Positions 1 through 9,481 of a stretch of DNA of 64,000 nucleotides are shown piece by piece. The stretch comes from Myxococcota bacterium. Its GTDB lineage: Bacteria > Myxococcota_A > Polyangia > JAAYKL01. The stretch's first letter is position 1, and the number at the start of each line of letters is the position of its first letter. Made by a program: the position numbers and the translations under genes. The notes beneath the pieces are model-generated. The model was not told the DNA's origin, made no database searches, and was given only the letters and a program-made list of their open reading frames with translations. The stretch covers positions 3,171 to 67,170 of the forward strand of contig JANQET010000406.1 in assembly GCA_028278265.1 (NCBI GenBank), given 5' to 3'.

Positions 1-2
1 TT

Positions 3-116
3 CTGCTGACCCTCTACACCATCACGATGATGGTTTTCTTGGGCGTCAAGTGGTTCAACGAGCGCCGCGGCGATCCGATCAACGCCGGTGACGGTACGGA
101 CAAGGAGCAGTCATGA
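3..116 (+). CDS. 3' end of an upstream CDS (hydrophobic C-terminus ...TITMMVFLGVKWFNERRGDPINAGDGTDKEQS); the stop overlaps the next start (ATGA)
   Basis: Open frame runs in from the window edge and ends in TGA at 114-116, overlapping the ATG at 113. It has a TM-like hydrophobic stretch. Confidence 0.4.
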   Translation: MLTLYTITMMVFLGVKWFNERRGDPINAGDGTDKEQS

Positions 117-1732
117 ACATCTCCTTCGTAGAGTTGGTCAAAATCGGACTCGCCGCGAGCGCGGTGATCGCCGTTGCCGGGGTCTTCATCTTTCGCAAGT
201 TGGAACGCCACGAAGCGACCGCCCCCCTGCTGGAGAAATCCGATTTTTTGCGAATCGGCAAGTTCAGTTGGTCGGCCAAGCAGATCTTTCTCGCCGCGCT
301 GTTATTCTTCGCGGTGATGTCCGCGGGCAACTACTTCAGGTTTTCCCTGCCCACCATTTTCGACAAATACGATGAATACGACATTTTACACTATTATATC
401 AACGCCAAGTATTCCGACGAGCTGGGCTACGACAACCTCTATCCGGCGCTGATCATCGCCGACGCGCAGACCGTCAATCGGTTCGAGGGGCGAATCACCA
501 AGTACCGCCACGCGGCCAATCACGAGTATCGTCAGCGGTCCCAAGCACTTGAAATGACCGATGAAATCCGCGCCAAATTTTCGAAGAAGCGGTGGCAGGA
601 ATTTGTCTCGGACTACGTCTACATTCAACCGAAAATCGCCACATCGAAGTGGAAGACCATTTTGCAGGACCGGGGGTACAACGCCACTCCGATTTGGAAC
701 ATGATGGGGCGGGCCCTGGGCAACATGGTGGATATCGACGACCTCAAGCTGCTCTGCCTCGTCGATCTGGTGCTGTTCATCGCCATGCTGGCCGCGATCT
801 ATTGGGCTTTCGGTCCCTACGCGCTGGCCTTCGCCCTGATCTTTTTGGGGGTCAGCTACTCCTTTCGCTGGCCGGTGGTGGGGTGGTCGGTCTTTCGCTA
901 CGATTGGCTCGCGGCCCTTATCGCCGGCACCGCGTTCATGAAGAAGGAGCGCTACAAGACCGCCGGATTCATGTTCGGCTATGCCACCTGCATGCGCATC
1001 TTTCCCGCCGTGTTCATGTTCGGCCTCATCGCCAAGGGGATCCACGGCGTGATTGCCCACCGCTCTGTTCCCTGGAGCAAACCGATCGAACGGATTCGCC
1101 GCGGTGTGCCGCAGCACTACTGGATCATGGCCGGGGTGATGCTCCTGACCATCGCGGTCGGCACCGGTGCGGCGATGGCAACGGACGGGGCCAGTTCTTT
1201 CTCCAGACATTTCAGCGATATGGCGGTTCATCTGAAACCGGAAAACCTCTCCTCCCAACGGTGTGGTCTGGGCACTGCGCTCGTCTTCGACAACACCCAC
1301 GGCACGAAAAAGGGCTACATCCCCAAGGAGAAAAAGCTCGAAGTGGGGGAGAAGGTGGGCCTCAAGTACGCCATCGCCTTTGCATTGCTGATCCTCTTGG
1401 GCATCGGCGCGACGCGCTTGAAAGATCACGAGGCGGTGCTCTTCGGATTCATTCCGTTCTTCCTGCTCAGCATCGCCTCGTACTACTACTATGTGATGCG
1501 GATGAGTGTGATTGTGGCCCATGCCCACCGCATTCACAAACCGATGCACGCCCTGGGACTGGCGCTGTTGCTGATGATCGAACTCGTCACCTGGGTGGCC
1601 GAACTAACCGAACGATCCCGGTACTTTGCCATCGGCTGGATGGGCTGGACCTTGACCCTCTACATCCTGGTGATGATCGGCATCCTCTTCACCGACTGGT
1701 GGCTCGCACGAAAAGCGGACCAGTCGGCATAA
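113..1732 (+). CDS. polytopic integral membrane protein (about 12 predicted TM helices), function unknown; possibly a GT-C-like glycosyltransferase fold
   Basis: 539-aa ORF with many long hydrophobic segments. GC-rich codon usage matches the bulk genome. Antisense ORFs 386..1549 and 592..1788 are typical high-GC shadows. Confidence 0.7.
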   Translation: MNISFVELVKIGLAASAVIAVAGVFIFRKLERHEATAPLLEKSDFLRIGKFSWSAKQIFLAALLFFAVMSAGNYFRFSLPTIFDKYDEYDILHYYINAKYSDELGYDNLYPALIIADAQTVNRFEGRITKYRHAANHEYRQRSQALEMTDEIRAKFSKKRWQEFVSDYVYIQPKIATSKWKTILQDRGYNATPIWNMMGRALGNMVDIDDLKLLCLVDLVLFIAMLAAIYWAFGPYALAFALIFLGVSYSFRWPVVGWSVFRYDWLAALIAGTAFMKKERYKTAGFMFGYATCMRIFPAVFMFGLIAKGIHGVIAHRSVPWSKPIERIRRGVPQHYWIMAGVMLLTIAVGTGAAMATDGASSFSRHFSDMAVHLKPENLSSQRCGLGTALVFDNTHGTKKGYIPKEKKLEVGEKVGLKYAIAFALLILLGIGATRLKDHEAVLFGFIPFFLLSIASYYYYVMRMSVIVAHAHRIHKPMHALGLALLLMIELVTWVAELTERSRYFAIGWMGWTLTLYILVMIGILFTDWWLARKADQSA

Positions 1733-1850
1733 TCCGCGGCAATCCGCCCAAATCCGTCCCAATCCGTCAACGATTGGTATCGCTATAATCGATATTTCTC
1801 ATCGGTAAACGATAAACCTCCTGTCAGCTGGCGCGCTCGATTACCGCACC
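1729..1850. repeat. intergenic repeat element, copy A (about 122 bp). Starts GCATAATCCGCGG and contains 3 tandem 10-mers (CAATCCGCCC / AAATCCGTCC / CAATCCGTCA) followed by ...ATAATCGATATTTCTCATCGGTAAACGATAAACCTCC...GGCGCGCTCGAT
   Basis: About 90% identical to 19325..19470, which carries 5 decamer copies. Both copies start at a gene stop codon. Confidence 0.6.
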
Positions 1851-2413
1851 GCTTCGGCGGGGTTCGAGAGCACTCGGCGGACACGCATCCCGGCCCTCTC
1901 TCCCGTGGCTACCAGCCCCTGCACCGAGGCAGCGGTCATCCCGGCGAGCACGGGATACTCATCCGCGAGCCGGTCATAGTCGCCGTCATCGAGGATTGAG
2001 CGACGCTGAAGCAGGCGGATCACTCGATGGGCGGTCGTCTCCACGATTTGCCGAACATCGTCCTCCGTGAGCTCTGGGGCCCGAATGAAGACCGGGATGT
2101 CTTCGCCTTCGCCAGCGGTGTACACCCCGTCGAGCTGCAAAACATGAAAATGAGGATTGCTGTTTAAGCTGGAGCCAAAACGCTGGGCGAACGTAACCGA
2201 ACCGTAGCGGATGTTTTCATGGCCGGCTTCCTTGACCTTCCTGTAGTACCATCCCCTGACGACCCGCAGGAACACCGCGAGCAAATCGGAGAGCAGCTTG
2301 CCGTCGTAGGACAACCGGTATCTGATCTCGATGGGGAGGCTGATCACCCATTGCCTCACCGGAGCGTTCGTCGGAAAGACGTTGTCCACCAACCGCGCGG
2401 CAGTGTCGGCCAT
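1841..2413 (-). mobile_element. IS91-family (HUH/Y2) transposase, N-terminal about 190 aa only; truncated gene fragment
   Basis: N-terminal ...VRQWVISLPIEIRYRL... and the HUH motif NPHFHVLQLDGVY are typical of IS91/IS801 TnpA. The ORF stops before the zinc-finger C-terminus. Segment 1961-2058 is repeated at 16756-16852. Confidence 0.6.
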
Positions 2414-2429
2414 GCGCCTGCCTGTACGA

Positions 2430-2669
2430 TTTAATGAAAATCACGTCAGTGACATCAGCGCGCTTAGCGGTTTGGACAACTTGAACTATTTACGGATGCA
2501 ATACAACCAAATCAGCGACATCTCACCATTAGTCGATAACACTGGGATCGGCATTGGAGATAATGTAAGCATTCGCTATAATCCCATCGACTGCGACGAC
2601 GCGAGTGTGCGGCAGCAGATTCAGGCCCTGATTGATCGGGGAGCAACAGTCTATCATGATTGCCCCTAG
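2430..2669 (+). pseudogene. leucine-rich-repeat protein remnant (C-terminal LRR units only); the 5' part is lost or overlapped by the IS91 fragment
   Basis: ...NHVSDISALSGLDNLNYLRMQYNQISDISPLVDN... LRR periodicity. No credible start or signal sequence, and the upstream part lies inside the transposase fragment. Confidence 0.4.
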
Positions 2670-3115
2670 TAGATGCCAAGTACGTCGGCTACGCGGAGCC
2701 GATCATCGCGAGAGCCCACAACAGGTGCCACCGTCAGCCCCCCAATAAATCGGTCTTTGATTCAAATGTAACCTCGAAATGTATCCGAGGCGATCACTAT
2801 TCCTCAATGTAACGTAACATCCGCCGAACTCTTCTATTTTTTGTATTCTGAGACCGATTGCCATCGACAAAGAGAAACTTTACTAAGGGGACTGGTCAGC
2901 CGCCGATAAGTGCTCGAAAAATCAATGGCACGAGTAGTTCGGAGCCGTCACGACGAGCGTAGAGGCGGGTTCGATCATCCCACCCGAAATGGTCATCAAA
3001 TAGGCCAGTTGACCGGGCCAAAACCTTGGCACGGAAATTTCAGTTGCAGCAAGTGCCGGTACACACCGGCAGGAAAACCACCCGGGCAAACGCCCATAGG
3101 ATTGGGAGCGAAATA

Positions 3116-3649
3116 ATGCACTTGAGAAGAAACGTTTTGGGATTGTTGCTATTTGCCGGCATGCTGGGCCTCTGCTCGTATGAAGAGTACTATGAGGAAA
3201 ATCTCGAGCCGTATGAGGAAGAACAAGCAATCGGCAAGAATCGCGTAGGCGTCTCAGGCTACTACACATTAGCAGTATCGAGTACTCCGTACGGTGACGC
3301 GGATGATTGGGCCGATATAACGTGGACAACGGAGACGAGCTATACCCATTGGAGAGGTGGCAAGTACGGGCTCAAAATTCTCGATAGCGGACCCAACAGA
3401 TTTTTGCATGCACCGGGTGGGGATTGGAGCAAGGCATTTGCCTCGAATCGAATTGATTACAAATCAGATTCTGGCGAGTGGTACTCCGCTCGGTTCGGAT
3501 TTCACAATAATTTTGTTCACGAGCACTACTTCGACGGCTCCGCCCACATCAGCGACCGCATCCATTTTATAAGTAGTTACGGCAGTAAGATTTGTGTCCG
3601 CTTGAAACACAAATTCATTCACGAAAGTGACTACATTAATGCTGTGTGA
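3116..3649 (+). CDS. small secreted lipoprotein, hypothetical (177 aa)
   Basis: ATG at 3116 gives MHLRRNVLGLLLFAGMLGLCSYEE, a signal peptide with a lipobox LGLC. The region is lower-GC. Confidence 0.55.
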   Translation: MHLRRNVLGLLLFAGMLGLCSYEEYYEENLEPYEEEQAIGKNRVGVSGYYTLAVSSTPYGDADDWADITWTTETSYTHWRGGKYGLKILDSGPNRFLHAPGGDWSKAFASNRIDYKSDSGEWYSARFGFHNNFVHEHYFDGSAHISDRIHFISSYGSKICVRLKHKFIHESDYINAV

Positions 3650-3661
3650 TTCCTGTTTTAG

Positions 3662-5848
3662 CTAGGGTTTTTCCCATCGAACAATTGTGAGTTGGTTGTT
3701 TGCTACATCGGTGTTCACATATGCCCAAACCACATCTCCACTATTCATCCATGCGAATTCATCGTGAACTGGGAAGCGCTCGGGAATTGATTGAGGCCAT
3801 CTTACGAAGTTGCCGTTGCCGTCGATTATCGCGACATAATGCTTGGTTGATGTAGCAAATACAGTGTCCCATGCAACGAGGAATAGCCCTTTGCTATCAC
3901 TGCCTATTCGTTGTATGTGCGGTACGATTTCCGGCTCGGGAGTTTTTGTGAGAAATATGGGAGCCGCGTTAAAGCCATAATAATACTGGCATCCAACTGG
4001 TTGATTGTAATCAAAACAAGGGGGCATTCTCATGAATATGAATTCCGATGGAGCACTATTGTCTCTAAAGTACCAACAATGGGGCGGGTTTTCCATGTAT
4101 GGGTTTCTGTTGGAACGCTCGGACCACCTGCTTCCGCGCATTTGATCATCAATATGGCTGGTCATGCTCATTGCAAAACCATCCTCGAAGGGAACTAACC
4201 CGCCAGTGTCGTTGGGACTATCCTGACCATATTCAAATGGTATGGCCCAAATGGTGCTGTGGCCGCCACCTCTGGAAACGCGAAGGGATCCACCGGAATA
4301 TGCCTCGGCCCTACAAACCCTGGAGAACATTCCTATTGAGGGATTGTATGCTGCGCGTTCTTCTAGGCTGTGGCCGCATCCATTTCCACCCGGGGCATTT
4401 GATGAGCCAACTCCGCTTTGAGAATACAAATAGTTCAAATCGTCAGTATCAGCCACCAGCCATGAGTTTGCAGCATCGTGACCACCGTCGTTTATCTTTG
4501 AGAAAACCAGGAACACACCACCTTTATACGCAGTGCTTCCACCATCGGTCGAGCTGAGACCCACTGGGTTTTTTCCAAATACCATCCGCCCTTCAAAGCC
4601 AGAATTGGTCTGACCAATACATCTTCTAATTACCTTTCCATCGTCACTGATACTACTCGAATGGCTAGTTCCATCAGATGCGCATTCAATAACCGGAGGT
4701 GAGTTCAAAACTCCATTTGATTCGGGAGGGCTGTTAGGGCTTCTCAAAACCACCACATCTCCCCTCGATCCTTCGGATAGAAACCTACGAACGTACACCG
4801 CCACATGCTCAATGTCGTTAATGGCCAAGCCATTGCATTCATTTGCGTCTGGAACAATAACGTCATATTCGAGGGTGGCTAGGTCGTTACCGATTTTCGC
4901 AAGATGAACTTTTGTGTCATCATCGTTCCAACATAACATTAGTGAATCGTCTGAATTAGGTACAATATAATTAGGTCCTGGATCTCTCCACCAGTAGGGT
5001 TGACCTACGTTCTTGGGAAGTACTACCTGCGTTGTAGTTGTAGGAGGATCCTCCATTTTAGGATCCTCAACGCCTTCGAAAGGAGGGGCTCTTCTACCGG
5101 AGAATTCGTTAACCAATATTGCGACTTCCAAACTTGGTTTCGATTGTTGATTGCTACTGTTGTTAGCGGTTACTCGATATCTATGCGTTTCACCACTCGA
5201 TACACTGCTGTCGGTATATTTAAAGACGTCGGCGTCAACAACAACGATCGCGATATTGTTTCTATTTATTTCATAGGATTTTATGTTGTCGCTAGGAGAT
5301 GGCAGCCAATGTAGTTCGACTGTTTTCGGATCTGATTGTCGCACCCAAATTTTAATAGGTGGAGCGAGAGGGTCATCGTATGATTCCATCCCCTCTGGAT
5401 TTTCAAGGCTTGGACACCAACTATCAGGATGCTCGAATTTCTCGCAATCAGGTGAGCACATACCGTCACAAGCTACTGTGTCGCCATCGTCGCATAGCTC
5501 GTTTGATTCTCGTATATTATTACCGCAAATAGAAGCTGATGGGTCGCCGCAACCAGATGTGTCGAATAGACAATCATCTGTGCAAGCCAATATACCTTCT
5601 GAAAAACCCAGGTCAGCACAGGTATATCCGTTTAAACTATCACCATCGCACTCTTCGAACACGTTTGCATAGCCATCGCCACATACCTCTGGGGACTCGG
5701 TATCCGAATCCGAATCAGTATCAGCATCAATATCAATGTCACTGTCGCCACCGCCACTGCCGTTATTACCATCGGAGCAATTAAACGATGTGATCGATAA
5801 TGCCAGTCCAGCGATCAGGGTAATGAAGATCGTTTTGAAGTACGTCAT
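3662..5848 (-). CDS. large secreted lipoprotein with a short Asp-rich repeat, a Cys-rich repeat of myxococcal type (CGDGYANVFEECDGD...), an FN3-like domain and a large uncharacterised C-terminal domain
   Basis: Signal peptide MTYFKTIFITLIAGLALSITSFNCS (internal ATG 16 codons into the ORF). Matches the pattern C-G-[DN]-G-x(5-7)-E-E-C-D-D/G. FN3-like segment KIWVRQSDPKTVELHWLPSP...YRVTANN. GC is about 45%. Confidence 0.75.
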   Translation of the reverse strand: MTYFKTIFITLIAGLALSITSFNCSDGNNGSGGGDSDIDIDADTDSDSDTESPEVCGDGYANVFEECDGDSLNGYTCADLGFSEGILACTDDCLFDTSGCGDPSASICGNNIRESNELCDDGDTVACDGMCSPDCEKFEHPDSWCPSLENPEGMESYDDPLAPPIKIWVRQSDPKTVELHWLPSPSDNIKSYEINRNNIAIVVVDADVFKYTDSSVSSGETHRYRVTANNSSNQQSKPSLEVAILVNEFSGRRAPPFEGVEDPKMEDPPTTTTQVVLPKNVGQPYWWRDPGPNYIVPNSDDSLMLCWNDDDTKVHLAKIGNDLATLEYDVIVPDANECNGLAINDIEHVAVYVRRFLSEGSRGDVVVLRSPNSPPESNGVLNSPPVIECASDGTSHSSSISDDGKVIRRCIGQTNSGFEGRMVFGKNPVGLSSTDGGSTAYKGGVFLVFSKINDGGHDAANSWLVADTDDLNYLYSQSGVGSSNAPGGNGCGHSLEERAAYNPSIGMFSRVCRAEAYSGGSLRVSRGGGHSTIWAIPFEYGQDSPNDTGGLVPFEDGFAMSMTSHIDDQMRGSRWSERSNRNPYMENPPHCWYFRDNSAPSEFIFMRMPPCFDYNQPVGCQYYYGFNAAPIFLTKTPEPEIVPHIQRIGSDSKGLFLVAWDTVFATSTKHYVAIIDGNGNFVRWPQSIPERFPVHDEFAWMNSGDVVWAYVNTDVANNQLTIVRWEKP

Positions 5849-6479
5849 GCCTACACCTCCGATGAAAATTGTAGTTCTGCGAATAAGTGCCGTCAACTAT
5901 CGAATGTGAGTTTACGTTCTCTTACGTTCTATTTGATCGAATCAAATCAGCAATTATCATGGGATTGTAAAATCATAGCTATTGCAGCATAGTTCAGAAG
6001 GTGAATGGCTTGTTAAAAATACATATGGTCATCTTCAGTATTTCATATGAAAACAAACCGCTATTTGTGTTGTTCAATGGAGGACCGGGTTCGAGAACTG
6101 CTATTTTGCTCGCGTTGTGAAAGGGGAGAGAAGATCTACACAACCTAAAAATAAGCGACTTTTGGTCTAGACAATGGGGTCCACTTTAAATCTGTAACTT
6201 TTCGTCATATTCTCGGGCCCACAGCCCCCCGGGGTGCCAGCATTGGTTCTGACTGAGCGCTGGATTTACAGACTCGCCGCCGGCGGTTTCGCCGCTTCGC
6301 CACCTTTCTCGCCACCCCAGAATGCTGGAAGCCATGAATAAACCTAAGGATTACGTGATGTTCCAATTGGCGCGAAAGCTGGCCCACATATTGCCGGTAT
6401 TGCCAGGGCTATGCTTGTCGCCCCACAGTATGAAGCGTTTTCCTACCAGCGCCGGATACCCGAGCAGGAGCTGCTGCAC

Positions 6480-6600
6480 CAGATCTTGCTCGAACACCTG
6501 GAGACGTTTCTCGACCGCGCTCGCACGCTCAAAGACGAAGATGTCAAACAAATAGTAGAAACCACGGCCCATTCAACGCTTCAAATCGGGGCAAACTGCT
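6480..6600 (+). mobile_element. short IS91-family transposase remnant (...TLKDEDVKQIVETTAH...)
   Basis: Translated frame resembles PELTEDDVRQIVETTAHRVIRLL of the 1841..2413 fragment. There is no intact ORF. Confidence 0.3.
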
Positions 6601-6767
6601 TGACGGTTGGTCTCAAGAGGCCTTTTATTTCACCTATGTCTGAGTATTTCATGCTATAATGCCAATGGGGTAGTGACTAAAGAACACCAGAGTTTTCTTA
6701 ACTACGGCGGGTTTCGGCGCCTGCCAAGTGCAGAAACACTTTATGGTGAAAACGAAGGAGAGTATCG

Positions 6768-9473
6768 ATGAAAGCGTTACTAAAGTACTCCTTATATATT
6801 ATCTACACCGGCGCCATAACAGCCAGTGTGTTCTTCTTGTCCCGTGACTGGGATTTTCGAACACAAAATATCGATGAAGAGAAAGTCGACCCCATACGAC
6901 CCACTCTAGTGTCCCTCGAGCACGAAGAAGAAGACGAGTATGACCCCGAGAAGAACCGTGCTTGGACAGCGGAAGAGGCAAGAGAACACCAACAGGCATT
7001 GAGGCGCAAACTCGCGTTAACCCCTCCCAAAAGTAAAGATGCCGATCCGGTGGAGAGATACGCTGATGACACCTTAGTGGGAGTCTGGAAATCCAGGGGG
7101 CCCAGAAATATGCCGGGTTGCTGGCAGTTTGCCGAGATGCTGGACGGAACAGATGTCATCTACGGTGTTACTTGTGGTCACTATGGCGGCCTTCATTTCA
7201 TATATAAGGGTTCCCTCGCAGGAGATGATTTCACTCTCATCAATCGCCACTATCCCAACCGCTTTCGCCATTTACTTGCGTTCGAATTCGATGGGGAAAC
7301 TCGGCTTGTTGCCACCGTAGAAAACGGCCCGGTGGCCTATAGCGATGGTGACGGCACAGATTGGATTCCCTCCACAGGATTGCCCGACGAGATACACGGA
7401 ACTGCGGTAAACAGACAAGACAGCAATCGGGTATATGCAGTGGATGGTACAAAGGTGTATGTATCTGACGACGGAGGACAGTCATTTACTACACTTCAAA
7501 CATTTAGCTCCAGCAAGCAGAGTCGTGTTTACTCGCCTAGGTACGATAGTCAACCGGGGTCGTCCAATGTTTACATGGTGCGCGCTGGGGAATTTTTGAA
7601 GCTCAATAGTGCCGGTACCAGCTTTAACTCAGTTGGTTCATTTCCCTGGCCCGGTGACAACAAGGGATGCGCCATCGCCGGAGATACCCGAAAGTTCTAC
7701 GTGACAGTGGATTCAAAGTATTTCTCTTCCAGCAATCAAGGGGCCGGTTGGACACAGAAATATCCAGAGGGGGGATACTACAGTTCTGTCGGGGAGATGT
7801 CAGCGGGAGTATCAATGGAATATCTGGCCGTGCATCCGGAGAACCCCGAGATTGTTACCGGCGGCTACACCCACCCCGTCTATTCCAGCAACGGGTTGAC
7901 CAGCACTGCGCATGATTATGACAACTGGGGATTTTATCAAGTCATTGGCGACCCAGAAACCCGGCACCGCATCCGCTATCATCCGGACTTCCAAGCATCC
8001 CATTTCTTTTACGATGCAAACGATGATTTGCTGACGATACGATGCTCTGACGGCGGATTGTTCAAGTCTTACAGAGAGTGGATTGATTACGCCTTTGACG
8101 ATTATCCCTCCGATACCTATTACAACATCACGCTCTACGGCGTTCCTTCCCGAGAAACCTATCGCGCCGGACTGATGACGGGCCACAAAAACCCGGACCA
8201 CATGGTTGTAGGTACTCAGGACCAAGGTGTGCAAACCACCACCAATACCGGGGTGCAATCTCTGAATGTGCGGCAAGGTCCATATGGAGATGGTAGCACG
8301 GCAATAACCGCAGACGGAGTCACTGGATGGTCATTCGATTCCAGCAAAGTCTATTATCCATTCCCTCTGTACACAGGAGATGACTTTAAAGGCCAAGAAA
8401 ACCTCAATAGTGACAACTTTACTGAGTTTTCCGGCGAAGGGTATTGGCCCTACGGGGTAGTCGACGAAAAGGCACCGGGGCAGAGAGTATGGGTGCTGGC
8501 TCAAAATCTTCAACGGGCAGAGTGGAACGGTTCCAGTCTCACCGGCAAAGAAACCAACTTTGCAGCCGGTGGCTACGTATCTGCTCTGGCGCAATCTATT
8601 ACTTCGGATAAAATATGGGCGCTCGAAGCCGGAACCGTCTATCGATCGACCGATCGAGGTGACAATTGGAACAGTGGCACCCAGACGCCCCTCGGTACCA
8701 CCAATGGAATTTGGTCAGAGAATAACAAAGGTGGCGGCTGGTGTTCTCCGGTCAACGAAAATCTTATTCTATTTGCATCACCATCGAACAACAGTGTCGT
8801 CTCAGTTTTTTCTAAAGACGGTGGATCTTCATGGCAGGATGTTTCGGGAGTCTACCCCAACGCCAGTACGAACTGCATGAAGGGCACTCCAGACGGTAAG
8901 TTTGTTTTTGCGTCTACCAAGTATGGTCCCTATGTGTTTGCGGTGGAGTTGGAGCAGTGGTTTGATCTATCCGCGGGCATGGGTCCCGCCTTCTACGGTC
9001 AACATTGCGAATACATAGAGTCCATCAACGTGATGAGATTCTCCACTTGGGGCCTGGGGATTTGGGACTTTGCCATCGGCTCGGACACCGATATAGACTC
9101 GGACACAGATTCAGACACTGACACAGATTCGGATTCGGATTCAGACTCGGACTCAGATTCGGACTCAGATTCGGACTCAGATTCAGACTCGGACTCAGAC
9201 TCGGATTCAGATTCGGATTCAGATTCGGACTCAGATTCGGACTCAGATTCAGACTCGGACTCAGACTCGGATTCAGATTCGGACTCAGATTCAGACTCGG
9301 ACTCAGACTCGGATTCGGATTCAGACTCGGACTCAGATTCGGACTCAGATTTGGACGACGACGATCCGGAGGAGGAACTAATTCCCAGCGAAGAGAATTC
9401 ATGTGGATGCCGGACGGTGGGACAGCCCGCAGACGTTTCGGTTCTAGTTTCAACTTTTTTCGCACTCTTCTAA
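6768..9473 (+). CDS. secreted BNR/Asp-box repeat (sialidase/sortilin-like beta-propeller) protein with an ~80-unit Ser/Thr-Asp dipeptide repeat run (mostly SD/DS) and a C-terminal CGC-plus-hydrophobic tail resembling a MYXO-CTERM sorting signal
   Basis: N-terminal hydrophobic signal/anchor. BNR motifs [23 protein letters not shown] and [11 protein letters not shown]. Repeat run runs [20 protein letters not shown]... to ...[10 protein letters not shown]. Tail is ...[24 protein letters not shown] followed by a stop. Confidence 0.85.
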   Translation: MKALLKYSLYIIYTGAITASVFFLSRDWDFRTQNIDEEKVDPIRPTLVSLEHEEEDEYDPEKNRAWTAEEAREHQQALRRKLALTPPKSKDADPVERYADDTLVGVWKSRGPRNMPGCWQFAEMLDGTDVIYGVTCGHYGGLHFIYKGSLAGDDFTLINRHYPNRFRHLLAFEFDGETRLVATVENGPVAYSDGDGTDWIPSTGLPDEIHGTAVNRQDSNRVYAVDGTKVYVSDDGGQSFTTLQTFSSSKQSRVYSPRYDSQPGSSNVYMVRAGEFLKLNSAGTSFNSVGSFPWPGDNKGCAIAGDTRKFYVTVDSKYFSSSNQGAGWTQKYPEGGYYSSVGEMSAGVSMEYLAVHPENPEIVTGGYTHPVYSSNGLTSTAHDYDNWGFYQVIGDPETRHRIRYHPDFQASHFFYDANDDLLTIRCSDGGLFKSYREWIDYAFDDYPSDTYYNITLYGVPSRETYRAGLMTGHKNPDHMVVGTQDQGVQTTTNTGVQSLNVRQGPYGDGSTAITADGVTGWSFDSSKVYYPFPLYTGDDFKGQENLNSDNFTEFSGEGYWPYGVVDEKAPGQRVWVLAQNLQRAEWNGSSLTGKETNFAAGGYVSALAQSITSDKIWALEAGTVYRSTDRGDNWNSGTQTPLGTTNGIWSENNKGGGWCSPVNENLILFASPSNNSVVSVFSKDGGSSWQDVSGVYPNASTNCMKGTPDGKFVFASTKYGPYVFAVELEQWFDLSAGMGPAFYGQHCEYIESINVMRFSTWGLGIWDFAIGSDTDIDSDTDSDTDTDSDSDSDSDSDSDSDSDSDSDSDSDSDSDSDSDSDSDSDSDSDSDSDSDSDSDSDSDSDSDSDSDSDSDSDSDSDLDDDDPEEELIPSEENSCGCRTVGQPADVSVLVSTFFALF
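9080..9355 (+). repeat. hexanucleotide tandem array (GAYTCRGAY)n, about 45 units, encoding the SD dipeptide run
   Basis: Visible periodic gactcggac/gattcagac units. Similar coding arrays occur at 11050-11340, 17560-17740, 38930-39070, 48030-48240 and 58990-59375. Confidence 0.8.
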
Positions 9474-9481
9474 GCGGGTAA

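Noticed and set aside
386-1788. Long antisense or overlapping ORFs (386..1549 -, 592..1788 +) inside the membrane protein gene
   Set aside because: High-GC DNA generates long stop-free antisense frames. Their products are Arg/His/Gly-rich and low-complexity, and the sense frame has a coherent TM topology.
6060-6100. tRNA-like GGGTTCGAG (T-loop-like) sequence
   Set aside because: The flanking sequence cannot form a T-stem, acceptor stem or CCA context, and no cloverleaf is possible. I found no tRNA, rRNA or CRISPR repeats anywhere in the window.
9025-9465. 146-aa minus-strand ORF rich in LSPNLSPS repeats
   Set aside because: Reverse-complement shadow of the (SD)n coding array. Its periodicity derives entirely from the hexamer repeat. 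The same applies to 10929..11573(+), 10939..11412(-), 11047..11415(+), 17417..17821(-), 17599..17787(+), 38510..39109(-), 38821..39216(+), 47930..48297(+), 47987..48280(-), 58782..59363(-), 58895..59425(-) and 58928..59428(+).
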